NCBI GenBank assembly: GCA_020184695.1
Contig: JAANOX010000142.1
Span: 310,001-374,000, forward strand
Length of the DNA: 64,000 nucleotides
DNA from: Histomonas meleagridis 2922-C6/04-290x
Lineage: Eukaryota > Protista > Parabasalia
Direction: 5' to 3'
This document shows, in pieces, positions 54,134-64,000 of this stretch (position 1 is the first letter of the stretch; the number at the start of each line of letters is the position of its first letter). A model generated the notes under the pieces. The model was not told the DNA's origin. It did no database searches and was given only the letters and a program-made list of their open reading frames with translations. Made by a program: the position numbers and the translations under genes.

Positions 54134-56524
54134 TTGATTTTACAACTCAAGCAGCCTCACATAAAACACACCTTCAAAATGGGGGTTGATCACACAGCGA
54201 AGCAGCAGAAACAAATAGCATTCAATATTCTTCTAGCGTCTGTGATATTGTTTGTATTGCTTACTTTCATCCGTTGTATAATTTACTGTTTCCGTCCGAT
54301 ACTCGGAAAAATAAATTTTCAACATCAAATGATGTATATCTTTGCTTCTCAACAGAACACTAGTTTGAGTTATATGTCAAATCAAAAGATAAGTAGCAAA
54401 ACAATTAAAATCTCATTTCTCGATTCTTGCCAAACCCAAAAATTCAACAAATCATTACATATTTATAATAACTTACTTTCGTGTAATTTATATAATATAA
54501 AGTATGTATTTGAAAAGCCACAAAAATTAATTTATAAAGCTCAAAATTACTCTTTTTCTTATACTCAACCACATACATACTCCAAATCTCTACAATATAT
54601 TAAGGATGAATCGGATAATTTTCGTTTAAATTTCTTACAGCTCAATCTTTATTCACATGTTTTATATAATAGAAAAAGAATATTTTCAACTAATACTTTG
54701 AATATATTTATCATTATAGTGATTTCATTTAAAATCAATAATTTTTATCATCAATATAAAAAGAAAAATAAAGGAAATATTTCATTTTTAATTTTAATAT
54801 TTTTCATTAATACATTACAAACATTTGATAATTCAACAAAAACACTTACAATAACACAAACTAGTGAATTTACAGATGAATATCAAAATGTTACTGAACA
54901 TGTTATAATTGATGGTGTTGAAGAAATTAAAGAAAAAGCATTCTATGAATGGACTAAATTATTATCAGTACATATTGGAGATTCAGTCAAAACAATTTTA
55001 GAAGAAGCATTTTGCTCGTGTTATAATTTAAGAATCATCGAAAATGGAATAAATTTGGAAACAATATCAGAAAGTGCATTTGATTCATGTTATGAATTAG
55101 AAAACATTGAATTAGGATCGAAATTGAAAACAATATCTGAATGTGCATTCAGTGCATGCAATTCATTAATCAATATCACGATACCGAAATCAATTACAAC
55201 ATTTGGAGATAGTGTATTTCTCACATGTGAAAATCTTGAAACAGTAATTTTTGAAGAAGGATTAACGATAATTGGAAATCTTATGTTTCAAAGTTGTACT
55301 AAATTAAAATATGTCAACATTCCAAGTTCTATATCATCAATAGGAACAAATCCATTTAATAAATGTGAAAATCTTCAATATATTCAAATTTCAGAAGGAA
55401 ATTTACATTTTAGTGATTATTATGAAGATGGAGTTTTATATGATAAAAATATAACGAAATTAATATCATATCCGATTGGAAATTTATCAAAAACATTTCA
55501 TATTCCAACATCAATCATTTCTATTGAAGGGTATTCATTTGAATTATGTATTCATATTGAAACTATTTTCATTGGTAAAAATGTTGAATTAATTGATATT
55601 TATGCATTTAGATTATGTTCATCACTTAAATGTATTTATTATTATGGAGACACACCACCAACTATACCAGCAAATCCATTTCATGATCCATTTGATAAAG
55701 TTTTAGCCACGACAGTTATGACACAGGAAACATATTCAAGTGATACATTTGCATATTTAAATGTTATGAAAGGGACAAAGAATGAAGAGTGTCTTCCTTG
55801 GCCCACACAAACATTTTCTAAATCGAATCCATTTACAAATTCTAAATCATTTACACAAACAAATTCATTTACAGAAAGTAACACATATACACAATCAAAT
55901 ACATTCACTAAATCAAATACATATACTAATTCTAATGCATTTCCACAAAGTAACTCTTATACACATTCAAATACATTAATTAATTCGAATGGATTCACTA
56001 AATCAAATACATTTACTAATTCTAATTCACTAACACAATCATTTTCATTTACTAATTCACTACCAAATGATATAACATTTTCGCATTCTTTTGTTTTAAA
56101 AAATTCATTTTCTGTCACCCAAACTATTTCTGCTTACACAATACATATTGTTAATACTATAGTATTTACATGCATTAATTCTCTATGTAATTATTATCAA
56201 ACAAACATTATTTCATATGAGTACACAGTTATTTATCGTACTTCTCTTTATCATTTTTATTCTAATTTCTATATAATGATTGAACTTAATTTTGAAAATA
56301 ATAAATCTCTAACTCCTAATGCAGTAATTGGAATTATCTGTGGCGTAATTGCATCTGTTTTACTTATAATAGGAATTATTTATTTCGTAATTAAACATAG
56401 AAAAATTGCTAAAACGAATTCATATTCGAATAAAGAGCAAACAACATCAGCTGATATAAAATTTGAAGAATTTAATCAAGATATAGGCGAAAATATTATT
56501 CAAGATAAAGACCAATGGCTTTGA
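54134..56524 (+). CDS. BspA-like LRR surface protein with S/T/N-rich stalk, TM and acidic tail; true start uncertain
   Basis: BspA repeats (IGDSVKTILEEAFCSC, IPKSITTFGDSVFLTC), the VLYDKNITKLISYP motif, SNTFTK repeats, TM AVIGIICGVIASVLLIIGIIYFVI and tail QDKDQWL*. The first about 210 codons of the ORF look non-coding-like. Confidence 0.8.
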   Translation: MILQLKQPHIKHTFKMGVDHTAKQQKQIAFNILLASVILFVLLTFIRCIIYCFRPILGKINFQHQMMYIFASQQNTSLSYMSNQKISSKTIKISFLDSCQTQKFNKSLHIYNNLLSCNLYNIKYVFEKPQKLIYKAQNYSFSYTQPHTYSKSLQYIKDESDNFRLNFLQLNLYSHVLYNRKRIFSTNTLNIFIIIVISFKINNFYHQYKKKNKGNISFLILIFFINTLQTFDNSTKTLTITQTSEFTDEYQNVTEHVIIDGVEEIKEKAFYEWTKLLSVHIGDSVKTILEEAFCSCYNLRIIENGINLETISESAFDSCYELENIELGSKLKTISECAFSACNSLINITIPKSITTFGDSVFLTCENLETVIFEEGLTIIGNLMFQSCTKLKYVNIPSSISSIGTNPFNKCENLQYIQISEGNLHFSDYYEDGVLYDKNITKLISYPIGNLSKTFHIPTSIISIEGYSFELCIHIETIFIGKNVELIDIYAFRLCSSLKCIYYYGDTPPTIPANPFHDPFDKVLATTVMTQETYSSDTFAYLNVMKGTKNEECLPWPTQTFSKSNPFTNSKSFTQTNSFTESNTYTQSNTFTKSNTYTNSNAFPQSNSYTHSNTLINSNGFTKSNTFTNSNSLTQSFSFTNSLPNDITFSHSFVLKNSFSVTQTISAYTIHIVNTIVFTCINSLCNYYQTNIISYEYTVIYRTSLYHFYSNFYIMIELNFENNKSLTPNAVIGIICGVIASVLLIIGIIYFVIKHRKIAKTNSYSNKEQTTSADIKFEEFNQDIGENIIQDKDQWL

Positions 56525-57324
56525 TTAAGTATTATATGAAATGTTTTGTGCTTATAATTATAATTACAAATATATATTATAAATATATATTTTATTTATA
56601 TCAATTTAGATTTAAATGAAAATAAAAATATCAAATTTAAAGAAATTTTGGGAAAGAAAAATCATAATATATTCAAAGAATGATTAAATAATTCGTTATT
56701 AGAATGATTTAAAGTTTTATTTTGCGCCTTGATGTGAAAGAATAAATTTATTGACCTTCGGAAATTCATTTTGTCTTTGATGGAAATATATTTAATTTTG
56801 CTTTGTTTATGAATATATATTAATATCTTAATAATTTGAAGATAACTAAAAGATTTCACATTGATCACTAATTGTTTGTTCAAGATTATCTGATAAGCAA
56901 TTGCATTTATACCGATGACAATTAACATGATTTGAGAAATATCTTTGCTTCCGATCATTTGTTTGGAACAGGAAATATTCAATATTTGTATTCTATAATC
57001 GCATAGAATTATTTGAGTGAAACACCATAATTTTTGTAGAAATAACCAACCTCTTCAGATAAGTCAAAATCAAAATTTAAAAAAAGTCAAAATAATATAT
57101 TCACCAAGAAATTATATATGGAAACATTTTCTGGTAATTAAGATCAGCTATCGGAATTAGTAAGAATTTTCATAAACACTATAAACATTACAACATATGA
57201 TAATTTTACTTTAACATTTAAGCATATTTGAAAGCATTATTCCCTCTTTTCCAATGGAAACACAACAAATTTAACGTGTCATATGAATTGTGTCAAAATT
57301 AAAAATTAAAAAAGAAATCATTTT

Positions 57325-59166
57325 TTAGTCTGTAAATGCTCTGAATCTATCTTCGATTTCGTTGTACAATTGCTTATAGTGGTCGACACATTTCTCTTCT
57401 CCGTCTTTAGGATCCACGAATTTCATTTGGATCAACTTTTGTATCTGTGGTGTCAAGAAGTTCGCTATTGATTCGTATGTCACTCTTTTCTCTCCTGACG
57501 CCGCCTCATTGAGTTCGTGTTTCGCCAAGTCATAGAAGTGCAGCATGTTCTTCAGCATCCAGAATGTCTTCCACATCGGCGACACCTTATCGTACGGCGT
57601 GTAGCTGTTTTGCTGCAAGAAGTCCTCTCGAATCATTCTCGCGACTTCCAGTGTCAACTTGTCGGGTTCCGCCAACGAGTCCTTGCCGACCAATTGCACA
57701 ATTTCCTGCAGTTCTTGTTCCTCCTGAAGCAGTTGTCTCACTTCAGTTCTCAATGATGGGAAATCGGGATCAAACGACACGAAGTATGGCCTCAACACGT
57801 CGTCGTACTTCGAATATGATAATGTCCACGAGACAGAAGGGAAGTGTTTCCTTTGCGCAAGCTTCTTATCGAGTCCCCAGAACACTTGCACGACTTGCAA
57901 TGTGGCTGTGGTCACTGGATCGCCGGCGATATCACCGCCAGGTGGAGACACAGCGCCGACAACAGTAACTGATCCTTCGCGTCCAGGGTTACCGATTGTG
58001 CGCACTTTGCCTGCGCGTTCGTAAAATGAGTCCAAACGAGCGCCTAAGTACGCAGGGAAGCCCGAGTCTGCAGGCATTTCGGCCAAACGACCGGAGATTT
58101 CACGTAACGCTTCGGCCCAACGCGATGAAGAGTCCGCGAGCATTGTCATGTTGTAGCCCATATCTCTGTAGTATTCGGCTAATGTGATGCCGGTGTAGAT
58201 GGAGGCTTCACGAGCAGCAACGGGCATGTTCGACGTGTTCGCAACAAGACACGTGCGGTCCATAATTGGATGCTCAACGCCATTAAGTTCACAGGTGAGT
58301 TCGGGGAACTCCATAAGTACTTCGGCCATTTCGTTTCCGCGTTCGCCGCATCCGACATAGATAATGCCATTGGAGTTGGAGTATTTGGATAACGCTTGTG
58401 AAATAACAGTTTTACCACATCCAAATGCGCCGGGAATTGCACATGTACCACCTTGGACAACTGGAAATAGACAGTCGAGAACACGCTGACCAGTGATGAG
58501 TGGATATGTGCCATTAAGTTTCGATGCAAATGGACGAGGTGTACGTACTGGCCATTCTTGAAGCATTGGATACTCGCGTTCTTTGCCATCGAACTCGATA
58601 CAGACGATTGGCTCCTTAACTGTGTATGACCCGGACTCTGCAAGCCATTTAAGTGTTCCATGTGCTTTGGGTGGTAACATAATCTGATGACGAATTAATG
58701 ACGTTTCTTGTACATAACCTACGATGTCACCGCCTGTCAATGGATCGCCGACTTTGAGTTTGTCGTTTGGCACAAATGGCCATTGACGATCCATATTTAA
58801 AGCAACAGCATCAACACCACGTGGAATGAAAACGCTGCCGCTCTTTTCACTGATATCTTTGAGTGGGCGTTGAATACCATCATAAATATTTGTCATAAGA
58901 CCTGGGCCTAATAAAACAGAAAGTGGCTTTCCAGTACCTGTAACTGGATCACCAACAGTAAGACCTGATGTTTCTTCGTATACCTGAATTGTAGCTGTAT
59001 CATGTTCTAATTGAATGATTTCACCAACTAATTTTTCTTTACCGACACGAACTAATTCATACATTGCAGCACCTGTCATCTTTTCAGCAATAACGACAGG
59101 TCCACTAATGGAATAAATTGATCCGCAAAGCTGTTCTTGGCGATTTGCTTCTACTGTTGTGAACAT
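57325..59166 (-). CDS. VMA1: V-type H+-ATPase catalytic subunit A (no intein)
   Basis: SGPVV, Walker [64 protein letters not shown] and LAQRKHFPS. Confidence 0.98.
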   Translation of the reverse strand: MFTTVEANRQEQLCGSIYSISGPVVIAEKMTGAAMYELVRVGKEKLVGEIIQLEHDTATIQVYEETSGLTVGDPVTGTGKPLSVLLGPGLMTNIYDGIQRPLKDISEKSGSVFIPRGVDAVALNMDRQWPFVPNDKLKVGDPLTGGDIVGYVQETSLIRHQIMLPPKAHGTLKWLAESGSYTVKEPIVCIEFDGKEREYPMLQEWPVRTPRPFASKLNGTYPLITGQRVLDCLFPVVQGGTCAIPGAFGCGKTVISQALSKYSNSNGIIYVGCGERGNEMAEVLMEFPELTCELNGVEHPIMDRTCLVANTSNMPVAAREASIYTGITLAEYYRDMGYNMTMLADSSSRWAEALREISGRLAEMPADSGFPAYLGARLDSFYERAGKVRTIGNPGREGSVTVVGAVSPPGGDIAGDPVTTATLQVVQVFWGLDKKLAQRKHFPSVSWTLSYSKYDDVLRPYFVSFDPDFPSLRTEVRQLLQEEQELQEIVQLVGKDSLAEPDKLTLEVARMIREDFLQQNSYTPYDKVSPMWKTFWMLKNMLHFYDLAKHELNEAASGEKRVTYESIANFLTPQIQKLIQMKFVDPKDGEEKCVDHYKQLYNEIEDRFRAFTD

Positions 59167-59352
59167 TAATTTTGAAGTTTTCTATCGGCAGAAGTTATTA
59201 TCGTCAAAAAGTTGTTACGAAATGTTATGTGAAAAATATTAATGATCGATCAAAGAAATGTTATATGAAAAAAATAATGGGTTTTGATTGACATTGGACG
59301 TTGTAAATCCAAACGCCCTCTCAAAAAGTCATATGAATAGAAATTTATAATT

Positions 59353-60654
59353 ATGAGCAAACAAGAAAAGGCGGAAAAACAGCGACAGAATGTTATAGAG
59401 GAAATTATTCAAACGGAGGAAAAGTACAATGGAAACTTACATGAAATTAGCACAGTTGTATGTGATCCATTAGATAATTTATTCAAAGAAGGTAAAATGA
59501 CTATTCCCAAAAAAATCAACAAACTTTTTACTCGGCTTTCCCAAATCAAAAATGCGAGCGATTCTTTATTACACCGTTTAGTTGAATTTAAAGAATCAAA
59601 AGATCCAAACAGATCAATAGGTAATTGTTTTGATGATTTTTCACAGCACATTGATATCTACTTCAAATACATTCGTGGCTACCACAAATACAATTTAGTT
59701 TTAATTGATGAGCGTAAGAAGAACACTCCATTTGATCATTTTCTTATCGATTGTGAAACTCAACTTCGCGACACAGTTGATGCTTACCTTATTATGCCCG
59801 TTCAACGCCCTCCGCGTTACCGCCTTCTGCTTCAAGCGCTTCTCCAGACGACGCCCGAAGGCACCGACGAGGAAGTGATAAAAAGTGCCGTCCAAAAAGT
59901 GTCGGATGAAATCGCCAAAATCGATGACCAAATCTCTGCTCTTGATGAAGCCGTTAAGATGGGAGAACTCCAGTCGCATTTCCATGACTTTGATTTCTTT
60001 GTCTTAGGTCGACGACTTCTATGTGATAGTGAAGTCCGTAAATTTTCACGCAAGCGAACTAATGTACGTCATCTGATTCTTTTTAGCGATTTGTTATTAG
60101 TAGCAGAGCCCGGATTGTTACCACAAAGTCTTAAAGTTAACAAAGTTTATCCGAGCGGAGAATATCTTATTGCAAATGTCATTGATAATGGTCCATTTTC
60201 AAATGCAATTGACGTACGCCAAAAGGATAAAAGTTTTAGATGTAATTTGCCCGACTTAAAAACAAAGAATTTATTCATTGATGGATTTAAACGAATGTTG
60301 GAAATGAACAAAATAGAACAAAACCAACTCGAAATGAAAGGCTTTTCGCCCGTATGGATCCCAGATGACCAAGCACCACTTTGCATGCATTGCAAATCGA
60401 AGTTTACATTCATCAATCGAAGACACCACTGCAGATTCTGTGGCGACTGCATCTGTAAGAACTGTTTCAACAATGAAATTGAACTCCCGGGGATTTCAAA
60501 GCAGCCAAAGAAAGTATGTCCAAAATGTTTCTCACATATTACCGATTTGCTGAACGCAGAAAATCGTGGAATTGGGTGCGGTGTTTGCGGATTTTATGAA
60601 AACGGAGAAAGCGAACTGGGTGGCGCAAACACGTCAGACCAAGTAAGCCTCTGA
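59353..60654 (+). CDS. RhoGEF (DH)-PH-FYVE protein (FGD-like)
   Basis: DH: EEIIQTEEKY...LIMPVQRPPRYRLLLQAL. PH: RHLILFSDLLL. FYVE: WIPDDQAPLCMHC...RRHHCRFCGDCICKNC...KVCPKC. Confidence 0.92.
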   Translation: MSKQEKAEKQRQNVIEEIIQTEEKYNGNLHEISTVVCDPLDNLFKEGKMTIPKKINKLFTRLSQIKNASDSLLHRLVEFKESKDPNRSIGNCFDDFSQHIDIYFKYIRGYHKYNLVLIDERKKNTPFDHFLIDCETQLRDTVDAYLIMPVQRPPRYRLLLQALLQTTPEGTDEEVIKSAVQKVSDEIAKIDDQISALDEAVKMGELQSHFHDFDFFVLGRRLLCDSEVRKFSRKRTNVRHLILFSDLLLVAEPGLLPQSLKVNKVYPSGEYLIANVIDNGPFSNAIDVRQKDKSFRCNLPDLKTKNLFIDGFKRMLEMNKIEQNQLEMKGFSPVWIPDDQAPLCMHCKSKFTFINRRHHCRFCGDCICKNCFNNEIELPGISKQPKKVCPKCFSHITDLLNAENRGIGCGVCGFYENGESELGGANTSDQVSL

Positions 60655-60959
60655 ATAATCTATCGGCCGGTTTATGCTAACGAATTTTTTGTGACCGTTT
60701 TTATCGTTTGTGAATAGTTTATAAAGTGATTGTCGGTCGCATTTAAGAAATAAATATCATAATCTTTTTACGTTTATTTTGTTCACATATTCATTTTCTA
60801 ATGTTTAAATATGTCAAAACTTATTACGCACATTTGAATATGGTTTGGAAAAGATTTAAATCAAGTGAATGAGAATAAAATGGGGAAATTATTGGTGGCT
60901 ACGAAGTCGCCGTACAATTGATGAAAGAAATTGCTGGAATTGAAATAATGACACAAGGT

Positions 60960-61250
60960 AGATTGAAGTCAATTGCAGAAAAAAGGGAATTGAGTATAAG
61001 ACACTGGAGACTTGGATGGTGTAGCTCAAATTAAATCCCAAAGGAGTTCCTAGTAAAATTGAAAAAGGAAAGGTTTGCAGCAAACCTTGAAATTGGCAGA
61101 TGGATGGCCGCCGCTAGATAGGCGGATTTTTGGCATATTAAAATCCCCAGCATATTCAATGTTTGATCTAAAAATAGTACAGGAAAATTTAGAAGATTAT
61201 GACATCGTTGATGCAATCTGTGTACACTCTTACAACGCTGGTCTCAGATA
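60960..61250 (+). mobile_element. Second DDE_1-type transposase relic
   Basis: Plus-strand fragment GWPPLDRRIFGILKSPAY matches the DDE_1 QPLD..IFG.LK motif. It is surrounded by stops and frameshifts. Confidence 0.5.
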
Positions 61251-61896
61251 GCAGAACAAGATATAATTAACTGGAAAGATCTATAAAAATCAATTTTTAT
61301 GAAATATTTTTCTTCTTATACACTTTTTGAATAAAGCATTCAATTTTTGAGAACCTGTTTTTTAATCTTTTTTAAAATGAGTTTAAAACCTTCTTAAATA
61401 AATATGGATTTCATAAACTTAAGCAAATTTTCAACAGAATGAACCTATTTTCATCATAAAATATTAAGTAGATGTAAAAAACTCAAAAATAAAAATGCAA
61501 ACGATTTTTTCTTCCAATTTTTTGTCAAATGCTTTAAAGCAAAACAGATTTTTCTGAATCGTTCTCATATCGAATAATGCAATTTAATTTATGATGCATA
61601 AAAAGATATTTGAGTTTCAAAAATTGATAATTATGACCTTCGAATTATTTGCTAAGACGAATAATATAAGGAGACATTTTATTGAGGAAATTAACGAATA
61701 CAAAAAATTAAATAATTGGTTCATTCAATTAAATAATAATTATGTGTTGATTTATTAAGCATAATAATGTTAAATATTTGATTTATTAGGCGGAATGTGT
61801 GGACGGATTGTTCCAAACAAAATGCATGAGTTTTTGATTCTTTTCTTTTGTTGTTCTTTTTGTTTCAATTTTCTCTTCTGAATATGTTCTGCTATT

Positions 61897-62058
61897 TCAT
61901 TCAGCTAAACAAAAGTAACCATTTGAAATCATCATACATGGGGGTGCCGCTGTTTGTCCATTTTTATCTTTTATATTTCTATCAATTCCTGATTTAATAA
62001 GGATTTCAGCAACATCTGGATCATTACACGTGAAAAGTGCTGTTTGTCCATTATTATC
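61897..62058 (-). pseudogene. Ankyrin-repeat fragment with uninterrupted loops
   Basis: Translates DNNGQTALFTCNDPDVAEILIKSGIDRNIKDKNGQTAAPP...*, with contiguous loop codons and no 17-nt spacers. Confidence 0.7.
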
Positions 62059-62754
62059 TTAAATAATATTTTTTTCCTTATGAAAAATTATAAAACAAAT
62101 TGCTTACATCAAAATCACAAGTACATAATGAGGTGAGTAATGTTTTAACCAATTATAGCTCGTACATTATCTCAAATGATGATTTAGAATCAGATTATTG
62201 TATAAATTCCAATAAATCTTCGACAAAAATGCGGAGCGATCGTGGGCGTGATCGATATAATTAAAGCTATACTTGATTTCATGCTTGAGATTCAAATGAT
62301 GTAAACGAACTCAGTAATTTCGCGTATACAAAAAGCTGAAATATATGTTTGGGAGTAAAGAAAGACAAATCTCTAAGTGAATTAAAAATTACAGTTTCTA
62401 GAAAACCTAATTGAATTCTCATTTTAGATAAAAAATGACTTATTGGTGAAGTATGAAAAATGATGTTGGCTAGAATTAAAGTCTTTGCTTTGGGATTTTT
62501 TGGCATTGAATAAAAATGGGTTAACGTCTTTAATAGAAAAAATTTCGTGTCGATCAAAATAAATTCAAATATTTCATTTAAAATGGTTGTGTTGGGGTAC
62601 TCCAATTGCAAACACCACTATATCGATAGCACCGATAGAGATAAATTTGAAAATCTCGAAATAACCGTTAAATATTCAATATAAATGTGTTTTGGCGGTT
62701 ATCACCGAAAATTATCAAAAATTTCAATTGAAACGATCAGTTCCATTTTATCAA

Positions 62755-63306
62755 ATGGATCAGAGAAGCTTCCAAATCAAGATGCAAGGTAAATCTCTCG
62801 AAAGAGAAGCCAAAAGACTTCAGAAAGAGGCATTAAAGGAAAGAAAGAAGGCAAAGGCTGAACTTAAAAAAGGAAATAGAGCAACAGCAAATCTTTATGC
62901 ACAAAATGCTGTTCGTTTCGAACAACAAGCAACACAACTTCTTCAAAGCTGCGCAACAACACAAGGTTTTGCAACAGATATGCGTAATGCCCAAGTTTCA
63001 GCAGATATGGCAAGAACAATGAACAGAGCAACAACAGGAATGGAAAAATGCAGCAAGGCTGTTAACCTTGAGAAAATTTCCGCAAACCGTAACAAGATGG
63101 ATGGATTAAAGGCAAAAATGGGTGCTGCAAATGATTTGATGAACAATACAGAAGGCGAAATGGAGCTTAATGCTGGTGCAGAAGACCTTCTTGCTGCTCT
63201 TGAAGCAGAAAATAATGAAGATGCTATGTTACAAATGGCTGACATCCCAACCGGAATTCCATCAATGGGTGAAACGCAAGCCACTGGCAATAAGTTAGGG
63301 TATTAA
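62755..63306 (+). CDS. CHMP1: ESCRT-III associated CHMP1/Did2 (Vps46)
   Basis: FQIKMQGKSLEREAKR...KKAKAELKKGNRATANLYAQNAVR...MEKCSKAVNLEKIS..MD, a Snf7-family pattern. The first ATG is at 62755. Confidence 0.85.
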   Translation: MDQRSFQIKMQGKSLEREAKRLQKEALKERKKAKAELKKGNRATANLYAQNAVRFEQQATQLLQSCATTQGFATDMRNAQVSADMARTMNRATTGMEKCSKAVNLEKISANRNKMDGLKAKMGAANDLMNNTEGEMELNAGAEDLLAALEAENNEDAMLQMADIPTGIPSMGETQATGNKLGY

Positions 63307-63649
63307 ATAAACACCAGGCAATAATTTCCTTCTTTATAATAAAAAATAATTATAATTATAATTTCTCCTACGGAAATTTTACTTTCAATTTTTTGAAATC
63401 AATGTATTTCCTTTGATTTGAGTTTCCTTTTTTATAAATGAAATTGAATGTTTGGTAAAAATTAATAATTGAACCAAATATTTTTTATAATAGATTTCAC
63501 TTACAAGCATTCTCTTGTTAAGCTATAGTTCATTCGAATTTAGTTAAAATAATGGTCAAAATGAATGTAAAAATGTGTTTCTCCATGATAACGAAAAGTG
63601 GTCAATTTGCGTATTTAACAAGGTTCGTTCGATTCAAAAGTGACAACAA

Positions 63650-64000
63650 ATGGCTGCTCAGCAACTCCCACTCTCTTCCCTTTCAGTTGATCAACTCATG
63701 ATGTTAAAAAGTCAACTCGAAGGAGACCTTGATAAACTCACACAACAGATCAAAATGACCAATGAATCTGTTCGTAACTCTCAAAATGCAAAAGAAGCAC
63801 TTGCGGCATTCAATGCATCACAACCCGGAAAAGAAATGTTAGTCCCTATTACCGAATCTATGTATGTTCATGGAACTGTTCTTGAAACAAAGCGTCCAAT
63901 CATTGAAATTGGTGCTGGATACTTTGCTGAGACATCAGTCGATAATGCGACACAATTCTTTAGCAGAAGGATTAGTAGGTTAAATGGACAACAAGAAAAA
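63650..64000 (+). CDS. PFDN5: Prefoldin subunit 5 (alpha type), truncated by the window end
   Basis: Hand translation: MAAQQLPLSSLSVDQLMMLKSQLEGDL...GKEMLVPITESMYVHGTV...IIEIGAGYFAETSVDNATQFFSRRI. Confidence 0.9.
   Translation, partial: MAAQQLPLSSLSVDQLMMLKSQLEGDLDKLTQQIKMTNESVRNSQNAKEALAAFNASQPGKEMLVPITESMYVHGTVLETKRPIIEIGAGYFAETSVDNATQFFSRRISRLNGQQEK

Noticed and set aside
57480-58460. GC-rich stretch within V-ATPase A as a sign of horizontal transfer or an insertion
   Set aside because: The protein is collinear with eukaryotic subunit A with no intein. Similar GC-richer segments occur in Vps16 and the RhoGEF, so codon-usage heterogeneity is sufficient.
61100-61170. Minus-strand GDFNMP motif suggesting a LINE endonuclease
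   Set aside because: It is the antisense of a better-supported plus-strand DDE_1 motif (PPLDRRIFGILKS), and no other endonuclease or RT motifs are present.
3039-63290. Numerous short overlapping or antisense ORFs from the six-frame track (e.g. 47299..47886, 57564..57968, 12608..12937, 62943..63290)
   Set aside because: They are shadows of real genes on other frames or strands, with no recognisable motifs.

Overview
An AT-rich, gene-dense eukaryotic window with no canonical introns seen. The gene content points to a parabasalid (trichomonad) protist: BspA-like LRR surface proteins, DUF3447-type ankyrin proteins, BTB-F5/8C and DDE_1 transposase relics. This assignment is inferred from gene content only. 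Housekeeping genes include xanthine dehydrogenase, V-ATPase A, Vps16, Rpn10, a Rab, ORMDL, CHMP1, prefoldin-5, Rpp20/Pop7 and an M6PR/ATG27-like receptor. There are also two defective, complementary RPSA copies. The main discovery is in five ankyrin loci (1-1718 minus, 7735-10041, 24004-27540, 38841-39432, 49643-52308), which look shattered in six-frame translation. In each ankyrin beta-hairpin loop (K-D-x-x-G-x-T-A-L), the loop codons are separated from one another by AT-rich spacers of exactly 17 nt that lack GT-AG ends, giving a 20-nt period of 17-nt spacer plus 1 codon. I counted roughly 150 spacers by hand. Deleting them restores continuous ankyrin ORFs with loops such as KDKDGWT, KDNYGKT, EDEWGNT and KNEHGRT. 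The three loci whose 3' ends are visible finish at a normal stop codon. The isolated triplets show synonymous Gly variation (GGA/GGC/GGT/GGG) and no stop codons at regular junctions. One locus varies the number of units from 2 to 10 per loop. This suggests an undescribed non-canonical micro-intron / single-codon-exon (or bypass/excision) system acting on the ligand-binding loop of ankyrin repeats. Whether the spacers are actually removed cannot be shown from DNA alone.
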